Shown here: positions 29,624 to 41,564 of the stretch, in pieces
How positions within the stretch are numbered: the stretch's first letter is position 1
How the letters are laid out: each line of letters opens with the position of its first letter
Assembly (NCBI GenBank): GCA_965277775.1
Contig: OZ255843.1
Location: 455,451 to 519,450 of the forward strand
Length of the DNA stretch: 64,000 nucleotides
Origin: Gammaproteobacteria bacterium
Lineage (GTDB): Bacteria > Pseudomonadota > Gammaproteobacteria > CAKMZV01
Reading direction: 5' to 3'
Made by a program: the position numbers and the translations under genes
The notes under the pieces: generated by a model
Database searches by the model: none
The model's input: the letters and a program-made list of their open reading frames with translations, nothing else
Told to the model about the DNA's origin: nothing

Positions 29624-32530
29624 CTAATTAACTCCTTGATTAAAACGTTCATGTGTATAACCTGTTTTTTCTAATCGGTCTGCCGTCTCTTTGCTACATA
29701 GCACCGCCGTTGCCGGGGGGACCAGCAAATACTGCTGTGCAACCCTCAGTATATCCTTTAATTGCACATTAAGAACCGACTCTCTGTAAGCTTTGCGCCA
29801 ATTCAAATCACACCCATCCGATTGTCCGAAAAATGCCTTGTTGGCCTCCCCCATAGAACTGAGCGGGGCATCGATCTTAGACATCACATTCAATATAGCT
29901 TCTTCTAATTGATTAGACTGATGTTTATGTTCCAACAACCAAGTAATGCTTTGTTCAAAATCGGCCAAAGTTTCGTGTAATCTTGGATCACGATATGAAA
30001 AAAACCGAAAGCTTTCACTGATGTGATCGTAGGCTGCGCCACCCCCATAAGCGCCGCCCTGCTCTCGAATGGCTGTATGGAGGAAGCCGTTGCGCAGAAA
30101 GTTTGCCATAACTGAAAATACTGGTGCATCCGGATGGTTCGCTGACACGGCTGGATAAGCTTGAGCACAATAATTCACCTGAGTTGGAAAACTCCAAGCC
30201 ACTTGAACGGCTTGCGCTGGCAAAGCTTCGATAAACTGGCGCCTTTGATCGTTCGTTTGCCCAGCACCAATCATTTTATCAACGGTTTGATGCAATGGCG
30301 ATAGACCCGCCTCATCACTCAACAATAACCAATGCGGTTGCTTGGCTGATATTTTCTCATACATCGATTGCAAGGACTGAGTAAACGCCGTCATATTGCT
30401 TTCATCAGCCAATCGATCATGGTGGGTTAACAAATTCTGTACCCCTTTTAAACCATACCATTGATAGTGCAATTGTGCCATGCCGTTAAAACCACAGGCC
30501 GCCGCGTTCATGGCCAATAAATGCCCTTTTCTCGCAACACTCTGTTCGGCTTCAAAACGCCACCGTGCAAACAATTCTTGCATGCGTGCTGTTTCATCAA
30601 ATCTCGGTTGACTTAGTACATCTTGCATCAACTCTAACATGGGCGAAATGTTTCGATTTAAGCCTTTGACCGACAAAACGAATCGACTCCAATTTTGCTC
30701 AGGATTGTGCAGCGCTTTAATCACGTTGACATTGGCTGAAATGCCCCCCGTATAACGAGCGATTTGCATCTGAGTTTGTAAGTAATCGCGTTGACCCGAA
30801 CCTAACTCAGTCAACAATAATGATAGCCAAGGTAACAATGCCCTTTCCTGAGCATTAAAGGGTGCTAAGTCAATCAGCGCCGAGACGTAGGCCAGACCAT
30901 TACTCTTAACGACATAGCCCGTTTTATTGTCACTTTTAATCTGTGGCTTGGGTTCATCAATGTTTTGTTTAACATCTTTTAAACTAATTTTAGGGAGGAC
31001 TTCGCTGTCTTCCACTTGATTTTGGCGCGCTTTTAATGATTCATTAAACTCGATGATTTGTTGTGCTTGCTGGGGATTCAACTGATCTTTAACCGCCTGT
31101 AATTTTTGTTTTTCGGCTTGGATCATTTGTGCTGATAATCCTGGATTGGGGGCCAAAGTGAGTAATACACGGTGCGGATTATCCAATAGCCACTTCTGAA
31201 TCAAATTGGGTATAAATCGATCATCTTTGGCCACCGCCCTTAGACGCGTCAAAGCTTGGTCGATGTCCACCCTTGTGCTGATCTCTCCGCCGTGGATGAC
31301 GGGCGTCAATGCGCTTAATATCAAACTCAAACCATAGGGATAGGTGCCACGTTCCATGTCGCGCTGTTCCAATTCTAATTGGTGTAAGACTGATTCAACC
31401 AAAACGGGATCAATGCCATCCCTGACAATGTCTTTCAAGGTCGAAAGAATCAGATTCTTGACCGCTTCAGCATTGGCTTTTTCACTGCCTTCTAAACCGG
31501 CTGTAAATTGCATTTGCCTTTGTTCATCTTCGAGGCCACAGAGCGGAGATGGTGCTTGTCCTAAGTCGGTTTGTTCGAGCGCCTTGAGCAATGGCGAAGC
31601 CCCATTGTCTAATAATACGCCCGTTAATAAATGCGCTTGCAATAGCTGATCTATGTCGGTGTTTTCGCCCCACAGCCAACTCAAGACGACGTGGGTGCGC
31701 CCCGTTAAGTCTGCCTCATCGAGCGGATACTCGCGGTGGATTTCTTTGGGCGCTTTAAACGGCTGTTCTAAGGTCACAAGCGGCACGGCTTTGGACGCCG
31801 TGAATTGGCTTAAAACTTTGTCTTCAAATTGGCTTTGCAATGCGCTGGCTGATTGATCGCCGTAGGTTAGGAAAATCGCATTGGTCGGGTGATAATATTT
31901 TTTGTGAAAGGCTTTAAGCGCTTCGTAAGATAAGTCAGGAATGTTTTCTGGCGCGCCACCACTGTTAAAATGATAGGTGGTGTTTGGATAAATCTCTTCG
32001 CTCAATTGTTGCCATAGCGCCCGTGTTTGAGTACTCATTGCGCCCTTCATCTCATTAAATACAATGCCCTTATAAATTAAGTCAGAGTTGGCATCATCGG
32101 TTTTTTCAAAACAATAGCGCCACCCTTCTTGGGCAAAATCATAATGGTTTAGATTGGGGAAAAACACTGCATCCAAATACACACTCAATAAATTGTTGAA
32201 ATCTTTTTTATTACACGTTGCAAAAGGATAAGCTGTCCAATCGCTGGCGGTGAAAGCGTTCATAAAAGTGCTGAGCGAACGACGGATCATCAAGAAGAAT
32301 GGATCTCGAACAGGATAGCGTTTGCTACCACACAATACCGTATGCTCCAATATGTGCGCCACCCCCGTTGAATCTTGAGGAATGGTTCGAAAAGCCACCA
32401 TGAAAACGTTTTCTTCATCGTTGCTGGCAAAGTGATAATGTGTGGCACCCGTGCCATCATGGACATAACTTTGTAGTTTAACACCCAACGATTTTATGGG
32501 TTTTTCATAGTTTAGGCTAAAACCTGACAT
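29624..32530 (-). CDS. M16 family metallopeptidase (presequence-protease-like, 968 aa)
   Basis: inverted zinc motif HILEHTVLCGS (HxxEH), long M16C-like architecture. Confidence 0.8.
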   Translation of the reverse strand: MSGFSLNYEKPIKSLGVKLQSYVHDGTGATHYHFASNDEENVFMVAFRTIPQDSTGVAHILEHTVLCGSKRYPVRDPFFLMIRRSLSTFMNAFTASDWTAYPFATCNKKDFNNLLSVYLDAVFFPNLNHYDFAQEGWRYCFEKTDDANSDLIYKGIVFNEMKGAMSTQTRALWQQLSEEIYPNTTYHFNSGGAPENIPDLSYEALKAFHKKYYHPTNAIFLTYGDQSASALQSQFEDKVLSQFTASKAVPLVTLEQPFKAPKEIHREYPLDEADLTGRTHVVLSWLWGENTDIDQLLQAHLLTGVLLDNGASPLLKALEQTDLGQAPSPLCGLEDEQRQMQFTAGLEGSEKANAEAVKNLILSTLKDIVRDGIDPVLVESVLHQLELEQRDMERGTYPYGLSLILSALTPVIHGGEISTRVDIDQALTRLRAVAKDDRFIPNLIQKWLLDNPHRVLLTLAPNPGLSAQMIQAEKQKLQAVKDQLNPQQAQQIIEFNESLKARQNQVEDSEVLPKISLKDVKQNIDEPKPQIKSDNKTGYVVKSNGLAYVSALIDLAPFNAQERALLPWLSLLLTELGSGQRDYLQTQMQIARYTGGISANVNVIKALHNPEQNWSRFVLSVKGLNRNISPMLELMQDVLSQPRFDETARMQELFARWRFEAEQSVARKGHLLAMNAAACGFNGMAQLHYQWYGLKGVQNLLTHHDRLADESNMTAFTQSLQSMYEKISAKQPHWLLLSDEAGLSPLHQTVDKMIGAGQTNDQRRQFIEALPAQAVQVAWSFPTQVNYCAQAYPAVSANHPDAPVFSVMANFLRNGFLHTAIREQGGAYGGGAAYDHISESFRFFSYRDPRLHETLADFEQSITWLLEHKHQSNQLEEAILNVMSKIDAPLSSMGEANKAFFGQSDGCDLNWRKAYRESVLNVQLKDILRVAQQYLLVPPATAVLCSKETADRLEKTGYTHERFNQGVN

Positions 32531-32741
32531 GTTCGTTTTGATGATCCAATTGTTTGTATGCTTTGTCGTTGGTGCAAACCGATGAACGTTCAGTCAATTT
32601 ACGGTGGTTTATCATCCGCGATTTTTTACACGGGCAATGGATGAACATTGTAAGCGAAAGCCCCTTTGACCTTTTAATTTATCAGAAACAAAAGCGCAAT
32701 TCAATCATCCGTCATGGATGATATTTTTGTCGCCAAACACT

Positions 32742-33722
32742 TTAAGGCAATAAGTGGTCTATGGCATCCCGCTCTTGTTGTAGCTCTTGTTCGGTTGTTG
32801 CCATTTTGGCACGAGAAAAATCATTGCAATCGAGTCCCTCAACGATGCGCCATTCACCGTCCTGACAAACACAAGGAAAAGAGTAAATCAACCCTTCTTC
32901 TATGCCATAACTGCCATCTGAATAGACGCCCATGCTGACCCAATCATCTTCGTCCGTGCCCAATGCCCATGTTCGCATGTGGTCAATGGCCGCACTTGCG
33001 GCTGAAGCGGCACTGGATAATCCGCGCATATCGATGATGGCGGCTCCGCGCTGTTGTACTTTTGGAATATATTTTTCCTCATACCACTGTTGATCAATTT
33101 CATCCATCGCCATTTGATCACCGACGACAACGTGATGAATGTCTGGAAATTGCGTCGATGAATGATTGCCCCAAATGATCATGCGTTTGATCTCGGTCAC
33201 ATCGGTATTGAGTTTTTGAGCCAATTGAGCCAGGCCACGATTGTGGTCTAAACGCGTCATGGCGGTAAATTGGTTTGGATTAATGGAGGGCGCATTGCGT
33301 TGGGTAATAAGGGCATTGGTGTTGGCGGGATTGCCGACCACCAAAACTTTGATGTCACGGCTGGCATGCTGATCAATCGCCTTGCCTTGGACGCTAAAAA
33401 TGGCACCATTGGCTTCCAATAAATCTTTGCGTTCCATGCCCGGCGATCGAGGTCTGGCACCAACTAACAAAGCATAGTCCGTCTTTTTGAATGCCACATT
33501 GGCATCATCCGTGGCCACAATGTCTTGTAATAAGGGGAAAGCACAATCATCTAACTCCATGACCACCCCTTGCAACGCTTTCAGTGCGGGTGTGATTTCT
33601 AATAATTGCAATATGATTGGTTGATCCTTGCCCAACATCTGTCCGGCTGCAATACGAAATAATAAAGCGTAGCTGATTTGTCCAGCTGCTCCAGTGACGG
33701 TAACTCGAACAGGTTTTTTCAT
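32742..33722 (-). CDS. mdh: malate dehydrogenase (LDH-like type 2)
   Basis: [27 protein letters not shown]; start placed at internal Met (ORF opens at 33734). Confidence 0.9.
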   Translation of the reverse strand: MKKPVRVTVTGAAGQISYALLFRIAAGQMLGKDQPIILQLLEITPALKALQGVVMELDDCAFPLLQDIVATDDANVAFKKTDYALLVGARPRSPGMERKDLLEANGAIFSVQGKAIDQHASRDIKVLVVGNPANTNALITQRNAPSINPNQFTAMTRLDHNRGLAQLAQKLNTDVTEIKRMIIWGNHSSTQFPDIHHVVVGDQMAMDEIDQQWYEEKYIPKVQQRGAAIIDMRGLSSAASAASAAIDHMRTWALGTDEDDWVSMGVYSDGSYGIEEGLIYSFPCVCQDGEWRIVEGLDCNDFSRAKMATTEQELQQERDAIDHLLP

Positions 33723-33911
33723 AAAAATCTCCAATTTTTTTAATGTGCGAACAAACTTAGTCGTTCATTATAACGGAATAAAAGGGGCATACAATGTTAT
33801 GCTTTGGCAAAAGCTTATAACAAGCTAGTTCAATGTTCGGCAGAGCCCGACAGGCTTGAATAATTACGCGACTTGAGGACGAACTGTTTTTAAAACAACC
33901 AAAATTGAGTA

Positions 33912-34805
33912 TTAAGTGTTTGTTATATTTTCACTGAGGTATTGATGTAGATTCTTAGTCGTTGCGTTATCGGATTGTAAACTATACTTTCTATCATGTC
34001 CTAATCGATCTTTAACGAATTCAAACTTGGGGGTTTCACCTAATAGTTCACCAATCTTATTGACGATTCCTATGTTGGTTGATCTGAATTCACTGCCTAT
34101 GTGGTAAATCTGATTGACCTCACCTGAGAACATAACATCCAAAATCGACTTAACATTATCCTCTACCCAAATCCACTCTCTGATCTGCATGCCATCACCA
34201 TAGACAGGTATGGCAATTTTGTTTCTAATGTTATGGATAATCTTAGGAATAAACTTTTCTTTGTGTTGTCTGACACCGAAATTATTACAAGTTCTGGTAA
34301 TGATGTAGGGTAAGCCAAAGGTAATACCACAACTTTGGACGATTAAATCAGCCGCCGCTTTGGTTGATGAATAATACGATGAGGGATGCAAAGGATCACC
34401 AACCATCGCATGATCTTTATTTAATTTCTGTAAATCCCCGTAAACTTCATCTGTGGAAATTTGAATAAATCGTTTAAACTTTGGATTTTGTTTGGCACAC
34501 TCTAATAAATTGAACGTCCCTTCGACATTGGTTCTGACAAAAGGCGACCCATCTTTAATGGAATTATCCACATGGGATTCAGCGGCGAAATTGACTATAT
34601 AATCGTACGCCCCCAGATCAGCTGGGGTTACATCACAAATATCCTTTATAAGAATATCGGACTTATCCAATGATTGTGGTATATTTTTAATATCACCCGC
34701 ATAAGTATTCTTATCTAAAACCAAAACGTCGTAGCCCTTGTCCACACAAAGATGGACAAAGGAGGAGCCTATAAAACCAAATCCACCAGTGATAACTATT
34801 CTCAT
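33912..34805 (-). CDS. NAD-dependent epimerase/dehydratase family protein
   Basis: MRIVITGGFGFIGS Rossmann motif, YxxxK. Confidence 0.75.
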   Translation of the reverse strand: MRIVITGGFGFIGSSFVHLCVDKGYDVLVLDKNTYAGDIKNIPQSLDKSDILIKDICDVTPADLGAYDYIVNFAAESHVDNSIKDGSPFVRTNVEGTFNLLECAKQNPKFKRFIQISTDEVYGDLQKLNKDHAMVGDPLHPSSYYSSTKAAADLIVQSCGITFGLPYIITRTCNNFGVRQHKEKFIPKIIHNIRNKIAIPVYGDGMQIREWIWVEDNVKSILDVMFSGEVNQIYHIGSEFRSTNIGIVNKIGELLGETPKFEFVKDRLGHDRKYSLQSDNATTKNLHQYLSENITNT

Positions 34806-35063
34806 TTCTAATTGCTATGTTTTATCGAATATTGTGTTTAGTTTCAAACTTATTCTTAAGGGCTTTAGACATTGCAAAAGCAAAACCCATCAATGCCAAC
34901 AAGGATTATTGTTTGTTTGGCGCATTATATAATGACAGCCGTAAACATGTAAAAATTCTATTGGTTGACATTGTCTAAGGTGACATGGAATGACACCCTG
35001 GCAAATCTGCGTTACAATTATTTTATACGAATGTACACAGCCTGAATTTAGTGAGAAAATAGT

Positions 35064-35930
35064 ATGGCACAATTGACAAAGCAACAACGAGATCAGTTTT
35101 GGGCAAATGGCTACATAAGCCTTGAAAATGCCGTCACTCAAGAACAACTTGAAGCGATGCGTGGTGTTTTCTCAGAGTGGATAGAGGAAAGCAAAAACCA
35201 CGATCAAGATTATGGTGAAACGCTCGACGGACGTCCGCGATTTGATCTTGAGCCAGGTCATACAGCACAAGTGCCCGCATTGCGCAGGGTACAATCACCC
35301 GAAGAAGTCTCTGATACTTTTGCCCATATTATGCGCAACGCCCGCACAGTCGATTTTGTGGCTGAGCTTATCGGTCCAGCGATCAAATTTCATCACGGCA
35401 AACTCAATTCAAAATTGCCGGGCACTCAAACCAAAGTCAGTTTCCACCAAGACTTCCCATTTGAGCCCATGACCAATGATGATGTCATCACTGCATTATT
35501 GTATCTGGATGATGTCACCTTAGAAAACGGCCCTTTGGAAGTGGTTCCAGGCACACACAAAGGGCCACTGTACAGCCATTGGCACAATGGTGTATTCACT
35601 GGCGCAGTCGCTGATGAAGTGATGGACGAACATAAAAACAAGGTGACCCAATGCACGGGCAAAGCGGGGACTGTTTGCTTAATGCACGCCAGCTTACTCC
35701 ATGGCTCAGCCCCCAACTTATCAACCAAGGCGCGAACTTTATACATCGCAACTTATTATGCGGAGGATGCCATAGAGCTTAGCCCCAACGCGCTACCCAG
35801 TACTTTGACTCACGAAATAGTACGCGGAGAACCTTCGGGCCGTGTACGCTGTACATCTTACGAAATGCACTTACCCGAAGTGCCCAAAGAAACCTCATTT
35901 TTTGCCCAGCAAGCAAAGGCCAGCAATTGA
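35064..35930 (+). CDS. phytanoyl-CoA dioxygenase (PhyH) family Fe(II)/2-oxoglutarate oxygenase
   Basis: 288 aa, HxD...H pattern and PhyH-like N-terminus (FWANGYISLENAV). Confidence 0.7.
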   Translation: MAQLTKQQRDQFWANGYISLENAVTQEQLEAMRGVFSEWIEESKNHDQDYGETLDGRPRFDLEPGHTAQVPALRRVQSPEEVSDTFAHIMRNARTVDFVAELIGPAIKFHHGKLNSKLPGTQTKVSFHQDFPFEPMTNDDVITALLYLDDVTLENGPLEVVPGTHKGPLYSHWHNGVFTGAVADEVMDEHKNKVTQCTGKAGTVCLMHASLLHGSAPNLSTKARTLYIATYYAEDAIELSPNALPSTLTHEIVRGEPSGRVRCTSYEMHLPEVPKETSFFAQQAKASN

Positions 35931-36188
35931 CGACTGGCTCGCTTGGATGCAACAAAAAAATCAGAATGTATGGCTTTTAACCTCCAAAACATCATACCAA
36001 ACATTAAACGATAAGAGCATTCAACCTTAACGATCATTTAGAGGAAATACACGACTAACATGGGTGATTGAATAGGGCAAATCATCGTTCAAATAGCCTT
36101 CAAACAAGCGCCATTTACGCTACAATGTCAGGCTAACTTTTGAAAAGCTTGTACACATTGTACAAATAATTTATAGAGGTCTAATATT

Positions 36189-37079
36189 ATGCGGATCACT
36201 TTAAGACAGATTGAAATCTTTGAGAAAGTCACTCAAACCTCCAGCTACACCAAAGCGGCAAAAGAGTTGTGCCTGAGTCAACCTGCTGTTTCCATGCAAA
36301 TTAGCCAACTTGAAGAACAAATTGGCTCCCCCTTATTTGAATTGATCGGCAGAAGAATATTCTTAACCGAAGGGGGTGAAGAATTTAGTCATTATTGTAA
36401 GGCCATCCTAAGGCTGGTTGCAGAGACCAAAGAATCCATGCAAGCGCTCAGAGGTTTAAAAAAAGGCAAATTGAAAGTCGCAGTTTCAACCTCTGCCAAC
36501 CATCTTACCATTGGACTGTTAGCAGACTTTAAACTGAAATTTCCGACCGTGCAGTTTGAATTTGAAGTGTGTAATCGACAACGGCTCATCGCACATCTGG
36601 ACGATAATACGGTGGATATTATCATCATGGAGCAACCGCCCGAAAAGCGCGAATTAATTGTCGATCCTTTTTTACAAAATCCAATGGTGGTGATTGCGCC
36701 CAATGATCATCCTCTGAAAGACAAAGCGAACATTACTTTAGAAGCATTGAGTCAAGAAATGTTTGTGGCGCGCGAAGAGGGTTCGGGCACACGATTAATA
36801 TTAGAACAATTTTTCGAGAAACAAAAGAAAACCCCTAAAATTGAACACGTACTGAACAACAACGATTCCATTAAAAAAGCCGTCTCGGCCAACTTAGGAT
36901 TAGCTATTTCATCGATCCATACGATTGAAATGGAGCGTCAAAACAATACCTTGTGTGCTTTAGACGTTGTTGGTACGCCTATATTAAAACCCTGGTTTTT
37001 GGTGCATAACAAAGGCAAACGCCTTTCGCCCGTCGCCAATGCCTTTCGAACTTTTATCTTAGAAAAACGCTCAGTATAA
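36189..37079 (+). CDS. LysR-family transcriptional regulator
   Basis: N-terminal HTH (TLRQIEIFEKV...SYTKAAKELCLSQPAVS), 296 aa. Confidence 0.85.
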   Translation: MRITLRQIEIFEKVTQTSSYTKAAKELCLSQPAVSMQISQLEEQIGSPLFELIGRRIFLTEGGEEFSHYCKAILRLVAETKESMQALRGLKKGKLKVAVSTSANHLTIGLLADFKLKFPTVQFEFEVCNRQRLIAHLDDNTVDIIIMEQPPEKRELIVDPFLQNPMVVIAPNDHPLKDKANITLEALSQEMFVAREEGSGTRLILEQFFEKQKKTPKIEHVLNNNDSIKKAVSANLGLAISSIHTIEMERQNNTLCALDVVGTPILKPWFLVHNKGKRLSPVANAFRTFILEKRSV

Positions 37080-37101
37080 AGCGAAAGCTTGACCGATTAG
37101 A

Positions 37102-37716
37102 TCAGTAGTTGATTTCTACGGGATCCAAAGAGCGCCACAAAAACCAACATACCGCAGAGGTGTAGGGTGACCATCGGTCTTGACTCTGCGCATTTAGAAA
37201 AGCCACAGCCTCTGATTTTTCACAACCATATAACAACACAACGGCATTCTGTAAGCCGATGTCTGAAGTTGACATAATATCAGGCTCAAGCAAATAAAAC
37301 ATTTGAAACATTTGCCATGTCCAAGGCCCCACACCTTTTAAACTGAGCAAGGCTTCGCCAATTTCTGCATTGGGCGTTTGTTCGAACCATGCTTCTGTCA
37401 CATCATGCTTTACAAACCACTGTGCAATGCCTATTATGTATCGACTCTTTTGGGTCGATAAGCCCACTTGTTTCAGCGCATCAACATCCATTTGAGCAAT
37501 AACTGAAGCCTCAATGCCGATTTGCTCCAATCTTTGGCGAATGGCTGAAGCCGCTTTGACTGAAATTTGTTGTCCGACGATCGAATTGACAATGCTTCTA
37601 AAGGCGGTTGAAGTTCGAGATATTTGTGATTCAGGATAGCGTTGAATGAGTGATTTGACCACAGGATCCGATTTTGACAAATGACTTATGGCTGCTGGCC
37701 ACCAATCGGCTTTCAT
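37102..37716 (-). CDS. HhH-GPD DNA glycosylase (AlkA/3-methyladenine glycosylase II-like)
   Basis: LKGVGPWTWQMF helix-hairpin-helix GPD motif followed by catalytic Asp. Confidence 0.6.
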   Translation of the reverse strand: MKADWWPAAISHLSKSDPVVKSLIQRYPESQISRTSTAFRSIVNSIVGQQISVKAASAIRQRLEQIGIEASVIAQMDVDALKQVGLSTQKSRYIIGIAQWFVKHDVTEAWFEQTPNAEIGEALLSLKGVGPWTWQMFQMFYLLEPDIMSTSDIGLQNAVVLLYGCEKSEAVAFLNAQSQDRWSPYTSAVCWFLWRSLDPVEINY

Positions 37717-37967
37717 TGGGCCTCTAATAGGACCGATAGTTTGCTTAAGAGTTGTTCACGCGTCTCCACATGAGACGGGTCAAATTCCACACATCGAGTA
37801 ATGGGACAGACTTTCTGACATTGAGGTTCATCATAATACCCAACACACTCGGTGCATTTATCGGGCAGAATTTCATAGATGGTAGGACCCATCACAATGG
37901 CTTCGTTAGGGCACTCTGGCTCACACATATCGCAATTGACGCAGGTTTCGTGAATCATCAGAGCCAT
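37713..37967 (-). CDS. YfhL-type 4Fe-4S ferredoxin
   Basis: CVNCDMCEPECP and CTECVGYYDEPQCQKVCP cysteine clusters, 84 aa. Confidence 0.7.
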   Translation of the reverse strand: MALMIHETCVNCDMCEPECPNEAIVMGPTIYEILPDKCTECVGYYDEPQCQKVCPITRCVEFDPSHVETREQLLSKLSVLLEAQ

Positions 37968-38232
37968 AATTTTCCTTGAGAAGTCTCAATAAAGATTTTG
38001 AAGCGCCAAATTGTATGCCAATTCAACCTAAGAAGGCAGGAAAACTTTGAGCGCTTTCATTGCTGACACGATGATTTAAACGATCTAAGCCCTCGTTTAT
38101 CAGAATGGTGGAGTTTGTTAGAATAATCTTGGTCGCTTAAAGGCTAATCAGCATGCGCAGCCTTGGCAATGCGCAACCTTACACAGAATGGGCTTACAAG
38201 ATTAAATAAGAATTAGAGGGCTCAACTGAGAC

Positions 38233-38859
38233 TTAAAGCCCAAAGCGAAGACCAAAAAAGGCCCCATCGATCAGGTCTCCATCAAGACCGCCCCTCGTGG
38301 CAGTGAATTTTTCTTGGGCATATTCCACATAAACTGCTGTATTGGCCACAATGAAAATTCCGACTTGAACGCCGTAGTGATTTGAAGCATCAAAATCATC
38401 GGAAAAAGTGATGATATCAGGACTGTAAAAAGCACGCGTTGCAATATAGAAATCCGAAACTTCTCCAACGCTGAGCCTATATTCCGCAATACCGCCCAGC
38501 TGAACGGCAAATGTTGCCCTTGTTATGCTGCCTTGTTTGATGTTGGCAGCAATTGGACGAATACCCACACCAAAATTCCATTCACTTGATTCTAAAGGGA
38601 CTGTCCGACCCACAGCAAGCAGCCCGTCAACAGCATAAGTGCTGCCTTCATCGACCAACAGAACATTAACATGGGCTTGCACAAATCCTAAATCTGAAAC
38701 ATCTGAATCGTCTTCAAATTCAGAAGTCGTTAAGAAGCCAAAATTGATGTCTTTGTTAGATAAATTGATGTTAATGCCATTGCCCGCTTGAGCCACCCCT
38801 GTGAACAACAACAAAAACGCCATAAAGGCAATAAACTTTACCCTATTTAAACCCAGCAT
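38233..38859 (-). CDS. outer-membrane beta-barrel protein (OmpW/porin-like)
   Basis: signal peptide, alternating amphipathic strands, C-terminal aromatic-rich segment. Confidence 0.5.
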   Translation of the reverse strand: MLGLNRVKFIAFMAFLLLFTGVAQAGNGININLSNKDINFGFLTTSEFEDDSDVSDLGFVQAHVNVLLVDEGSTYAVDGLLAVGRTVPLESSEWNFGVGIRPIAANIKQGSITRATFAVQLGGIAEYRLSVGEVSDFYIATRAFYSPDIITFSDDFDASNHYGVQVGIFIVANTAVYVEYAQEKFTATRGGLDGDLIDGAFFGLRFGL

Positions 38860-39119
38860 GATGAAAATCTCCTAAAATGTTTTCAATATATTTTATCACG
38901 TAATATTAACGGATTACGTTAATTAATTCAAGTATTTTATATGTTTTGTTAATAAAATGTTTCATAATTTAAACAATGATTATTAACAATACCTCTGCCA
39001 TTGATTTAGGGAGAAGATTGGATGGATTATTGGAATGGATGAAAGCGCCTAAATGGGTATAAAGATCCCATGCTTTGAAACACATCGAACCATCCTAAGA
39101 GGCTGATGGCACAACAGTG

Positions 39120-40655
39120 CTATTTCAGAAAAAATCGGTAAGCTGTGTTCTGTGTTTCTTCGGTGTAATCATAGCCAAGGTTAGCCAACTTCTCCATAAA
39201 TATCGCTTCTTCATGGTCGGGTATTTCTAAACCTGCCAAAACTCGACCGTGCGAAGAGCCGTGATTACGATAATGAAACAAACTGATATTCCAACGTCCA
39301 CCCATCGTTGTTAAAAACTGTAACAAAGCCTTCGGGCGTTCTGGAAACACAAAACGGAATATCCGCTCATTGAGTACTGTATCGCCACTTTTACCCCCCA
39401 CCATATAACGAACGTGGGTTTTGGCTAAATCATTGTCGCTTAGGCTTTCAGCCACATAACCATATTGATGTAAACGTTGTAATATTTCGTCAGATTCTGC
39501 TTGACCGCGCTTAAGCGCAATGCCTACAAATATATGGGCATCTTTTTGGCCGGAATATCGGTAATTGAATTCGGTGATTTCATAATTCGCTAATTGTTTA
39601 CAAAACAGCAAAAAATTCCCCGATTTTTCAGACATAGTCACACAAAACAATGCCTCTTTATGCTGTCCAATCAGTGCACGCTCGGCCACATAGCGCAAGC
39701 GATCAAAATTCATATTGGCACCGCTGACAATGGCGACAGCCCGCTTAATATCGCTGTTCTGTTGCAAATGTTTTTTCATGCCCGCCAAAGCCAAAGCCCC
39801 TGCAGGTTCAGAAATTGAACGGGTTTCTTCAAATACATCACGAATGCCAGCACAAATTTCATCGACATTGACTGTGACCACTTCATCCACACACGTTTTT
39901 AATATCTCCCAAGGGTATTTTCCCACCCGATTGACAGACACGCCATCGGCAAATAACCCCACTTGTGGAAGTGTGACTCGATCGCCCGCTTGTAAGGCAG
40001 CGTGTAAACACGCAGCGTCTTCTGGTTCTACGCCAATCACCTTAACTTGTGGAAATTGGCAATGTAAATAGGCGGCAATGCCGGCAATGAGCCCACCACC
40101 ACCAACAGGGACGTAAATGGCATCTGGCGGAGTGTCAACTTGTTGCATGATTTCCACCCCCACTGTGCCCTGCCCAGCAATAATATGAGGATCGTCAAAT
40201 GGTGGCACAAAAGTCGCGCCTTCTTCTTCAGCCAAGTTTTGAGCGAATATAAAGGCCTCATCGACAAAATTACCTTTTAATAAGACAGTGCCGCCCAATG
40301 CCTTCACCGCATCCACTTTAATTTTGGGTGTGGTCACGGGCATCACGACTTTGGCCTGAATGCCTAATTTTTGTGCCACTATGGCCACGCCTTGACCGTG
40401 GTTGCCCGCAGAAGCACAAACCACACCCGCTTGGCGTTGGCTGGCATTCAATTTTTTGATTTTGCAGTAAGCGCCGCGCAGCTTGAACGAAAAAATAGGC
40501 TGCAAGTCTTCACGTTTTAAATAAATTTCCCGCCCCAATCTTGCTGAAAGGTGCTTGGCGCCTTGCAATGGCGTTCTGATTGCCACATCGTAAACGGGTG
40601 CGGTCAATATCTCATTCAGATAATCTTTAGGATTCATACATTTATTGGGGCTCAA
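39120..40655 (-). CDS. ilvA: threonine dehydratase, biosynthetic
   Basis: PLP motif SFKLRGA, two C-terminal ACT-like regulatory repeats, 511 aa. Confidence 0.9.
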   Translation of the reverse strand: MSPNKCMNPKDYLNEILTAPVYDVAIRTPLQGAKHLSARLGREIYLKREDLQPIFSFKLRGAYCKIKKLNASQRQAGVVCASAGNHGQGVAIVAQKLGIQAKVVMPVTTPKIKVDAVKALGGTVLLKGNFVDEAFIFAQNLAEEEGATFVPPFDDPHIIAGQGTVGVEIMQQVDTPPDAIYVPVGGGGLIAGIAAYLHCQFPQVKVIGVEPEDAACLHAALQAGDRVTLPQVGLFADGVSVNRVGKYPWEILKTCVDEVVTVNVDEICAGIRDVFEETRSISEPAGALALAGMKKHLQQNSDIKRAVAIVSGANMNFDRLRYVAERALIGQHKEALFCVTMSEKSGNFLLFCKQLANYEITEFNYRYSGQKDAHIFVGIALKRGQAESDEILQRLHQYGYVAESLSDNDLAKTHVRYMVGGKSGDTVLNERIFRFVFPERPKALLQFLTTMGGRWNISLFHYRNHGSSHGRVLAGLEIPDHEEAIFMEKLANLGYDYTEETQNTAYRFFLK

Positions 40656-40884
40656 GCCCGTTTAACTCACGCTAAGTGCGTTGATTTTGCCGAGTATCAT
40701 CGACATAAAACGAAAGGCATCAAACAGCCATCATTCAGTAAAATAGCGAGATCAGTATTGACACCTTTATAAGTGGCTATTTTAACATTAAATTAATGCT
40801 AAAACCGTTACAATATCCCTCTGATACAAAGCGATCTCTGATCGCCTGTTTATAAATCACTCATCATTTTTGCCGTTTCAACTT

Positions 40885-41553
40885 ATGGATCAAGACGCAC
40901 TCAAAAAAAATGTCGCTCAAGCCGCTTTAGAATACGTTGAAAACGACAGTGTTGTCGGTATTGGCACAGGCTCTACCACCAATTATTTCATTGATGCCTT
41001 AGCAGCTTCTAAACGCTACGTTAAAGGCGCGGTATCGAGCAGTGTGGCCAGTGAAAATCGCTTAAAGCGGCATCATATCCCCGTCTTTCAAATGAATGAA
41101 GTAGCGCCAATCGACCTATACGTCGATGGCTGTGATGAGTCTGACTCAGATCTCAATTTGATCAAGGGCGGGGGTGGCGCATTGACGCGCGAAAAAATTG
41201 TGTGCGCCAATGCCACAAGATTTGTTTGTATTGCCGATGAGTCAAAATACGTTGAACAACTGGGGGAATTTCCACTGCCCATAGAAGTCATCCCTATGGC
41301 AAGAAGTTATGTGGCCAAGGAAATCATCAAACGCTTTGGTGGTGAGCCCGTTTGGCGCGAGGACTTTGTCACCGATAATGGCAACCACATATTAGACGTT
41401 CACCTGCTGTCCATTGACCAGCCCAAAGCATTAGAAAGCGCCCTCAATGAAATTGTCGGCGTGGTGTGCAATGGCCTATTTGCCCAAAGAGGCGCGGACG
41501 TATTGCTCATCAGCAGTGCCACGGGCATTCAGACATTCACCGCCAAACATTAA
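40885..41553 (+). CDS. rpiA: ribose-5-phosphate isomerase A
   Basis: [13 protein letters not shown]-like motifs; ORF opens at 40870. Confidence 0.88.
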   Translation: MDQDALKKNVAQAALEYVENDSVVGIGTGSTTNYFIDALAASKRYVKGAVSSSVASENRLKRHHIPVFQMNEVAPIDLYVDGCDESDSDLNLIKGGGGALTREKIVCANATRFVCIADESKYVEQLGEFPLPIEVIPMARSYVAKEIIKRFGGEPVWREDFVTDNGNHILDVHLLSIDQPKALESALNEIVGVVCNGLFAQRGADVLLISSATGIQTFTAKH

Positions 41554-41564
41554 GAGCTCAAGCC

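Noticed and set aside
38885-38940. Inverted repeat CGTAAT-N8-ATTACG in the AT-rich region upstream of the OMP gene
   Set aside because: It is a short palindrome in very AT-rich DNA. It may be a regulator site, but nothing beyond chance-level evidence supports that.
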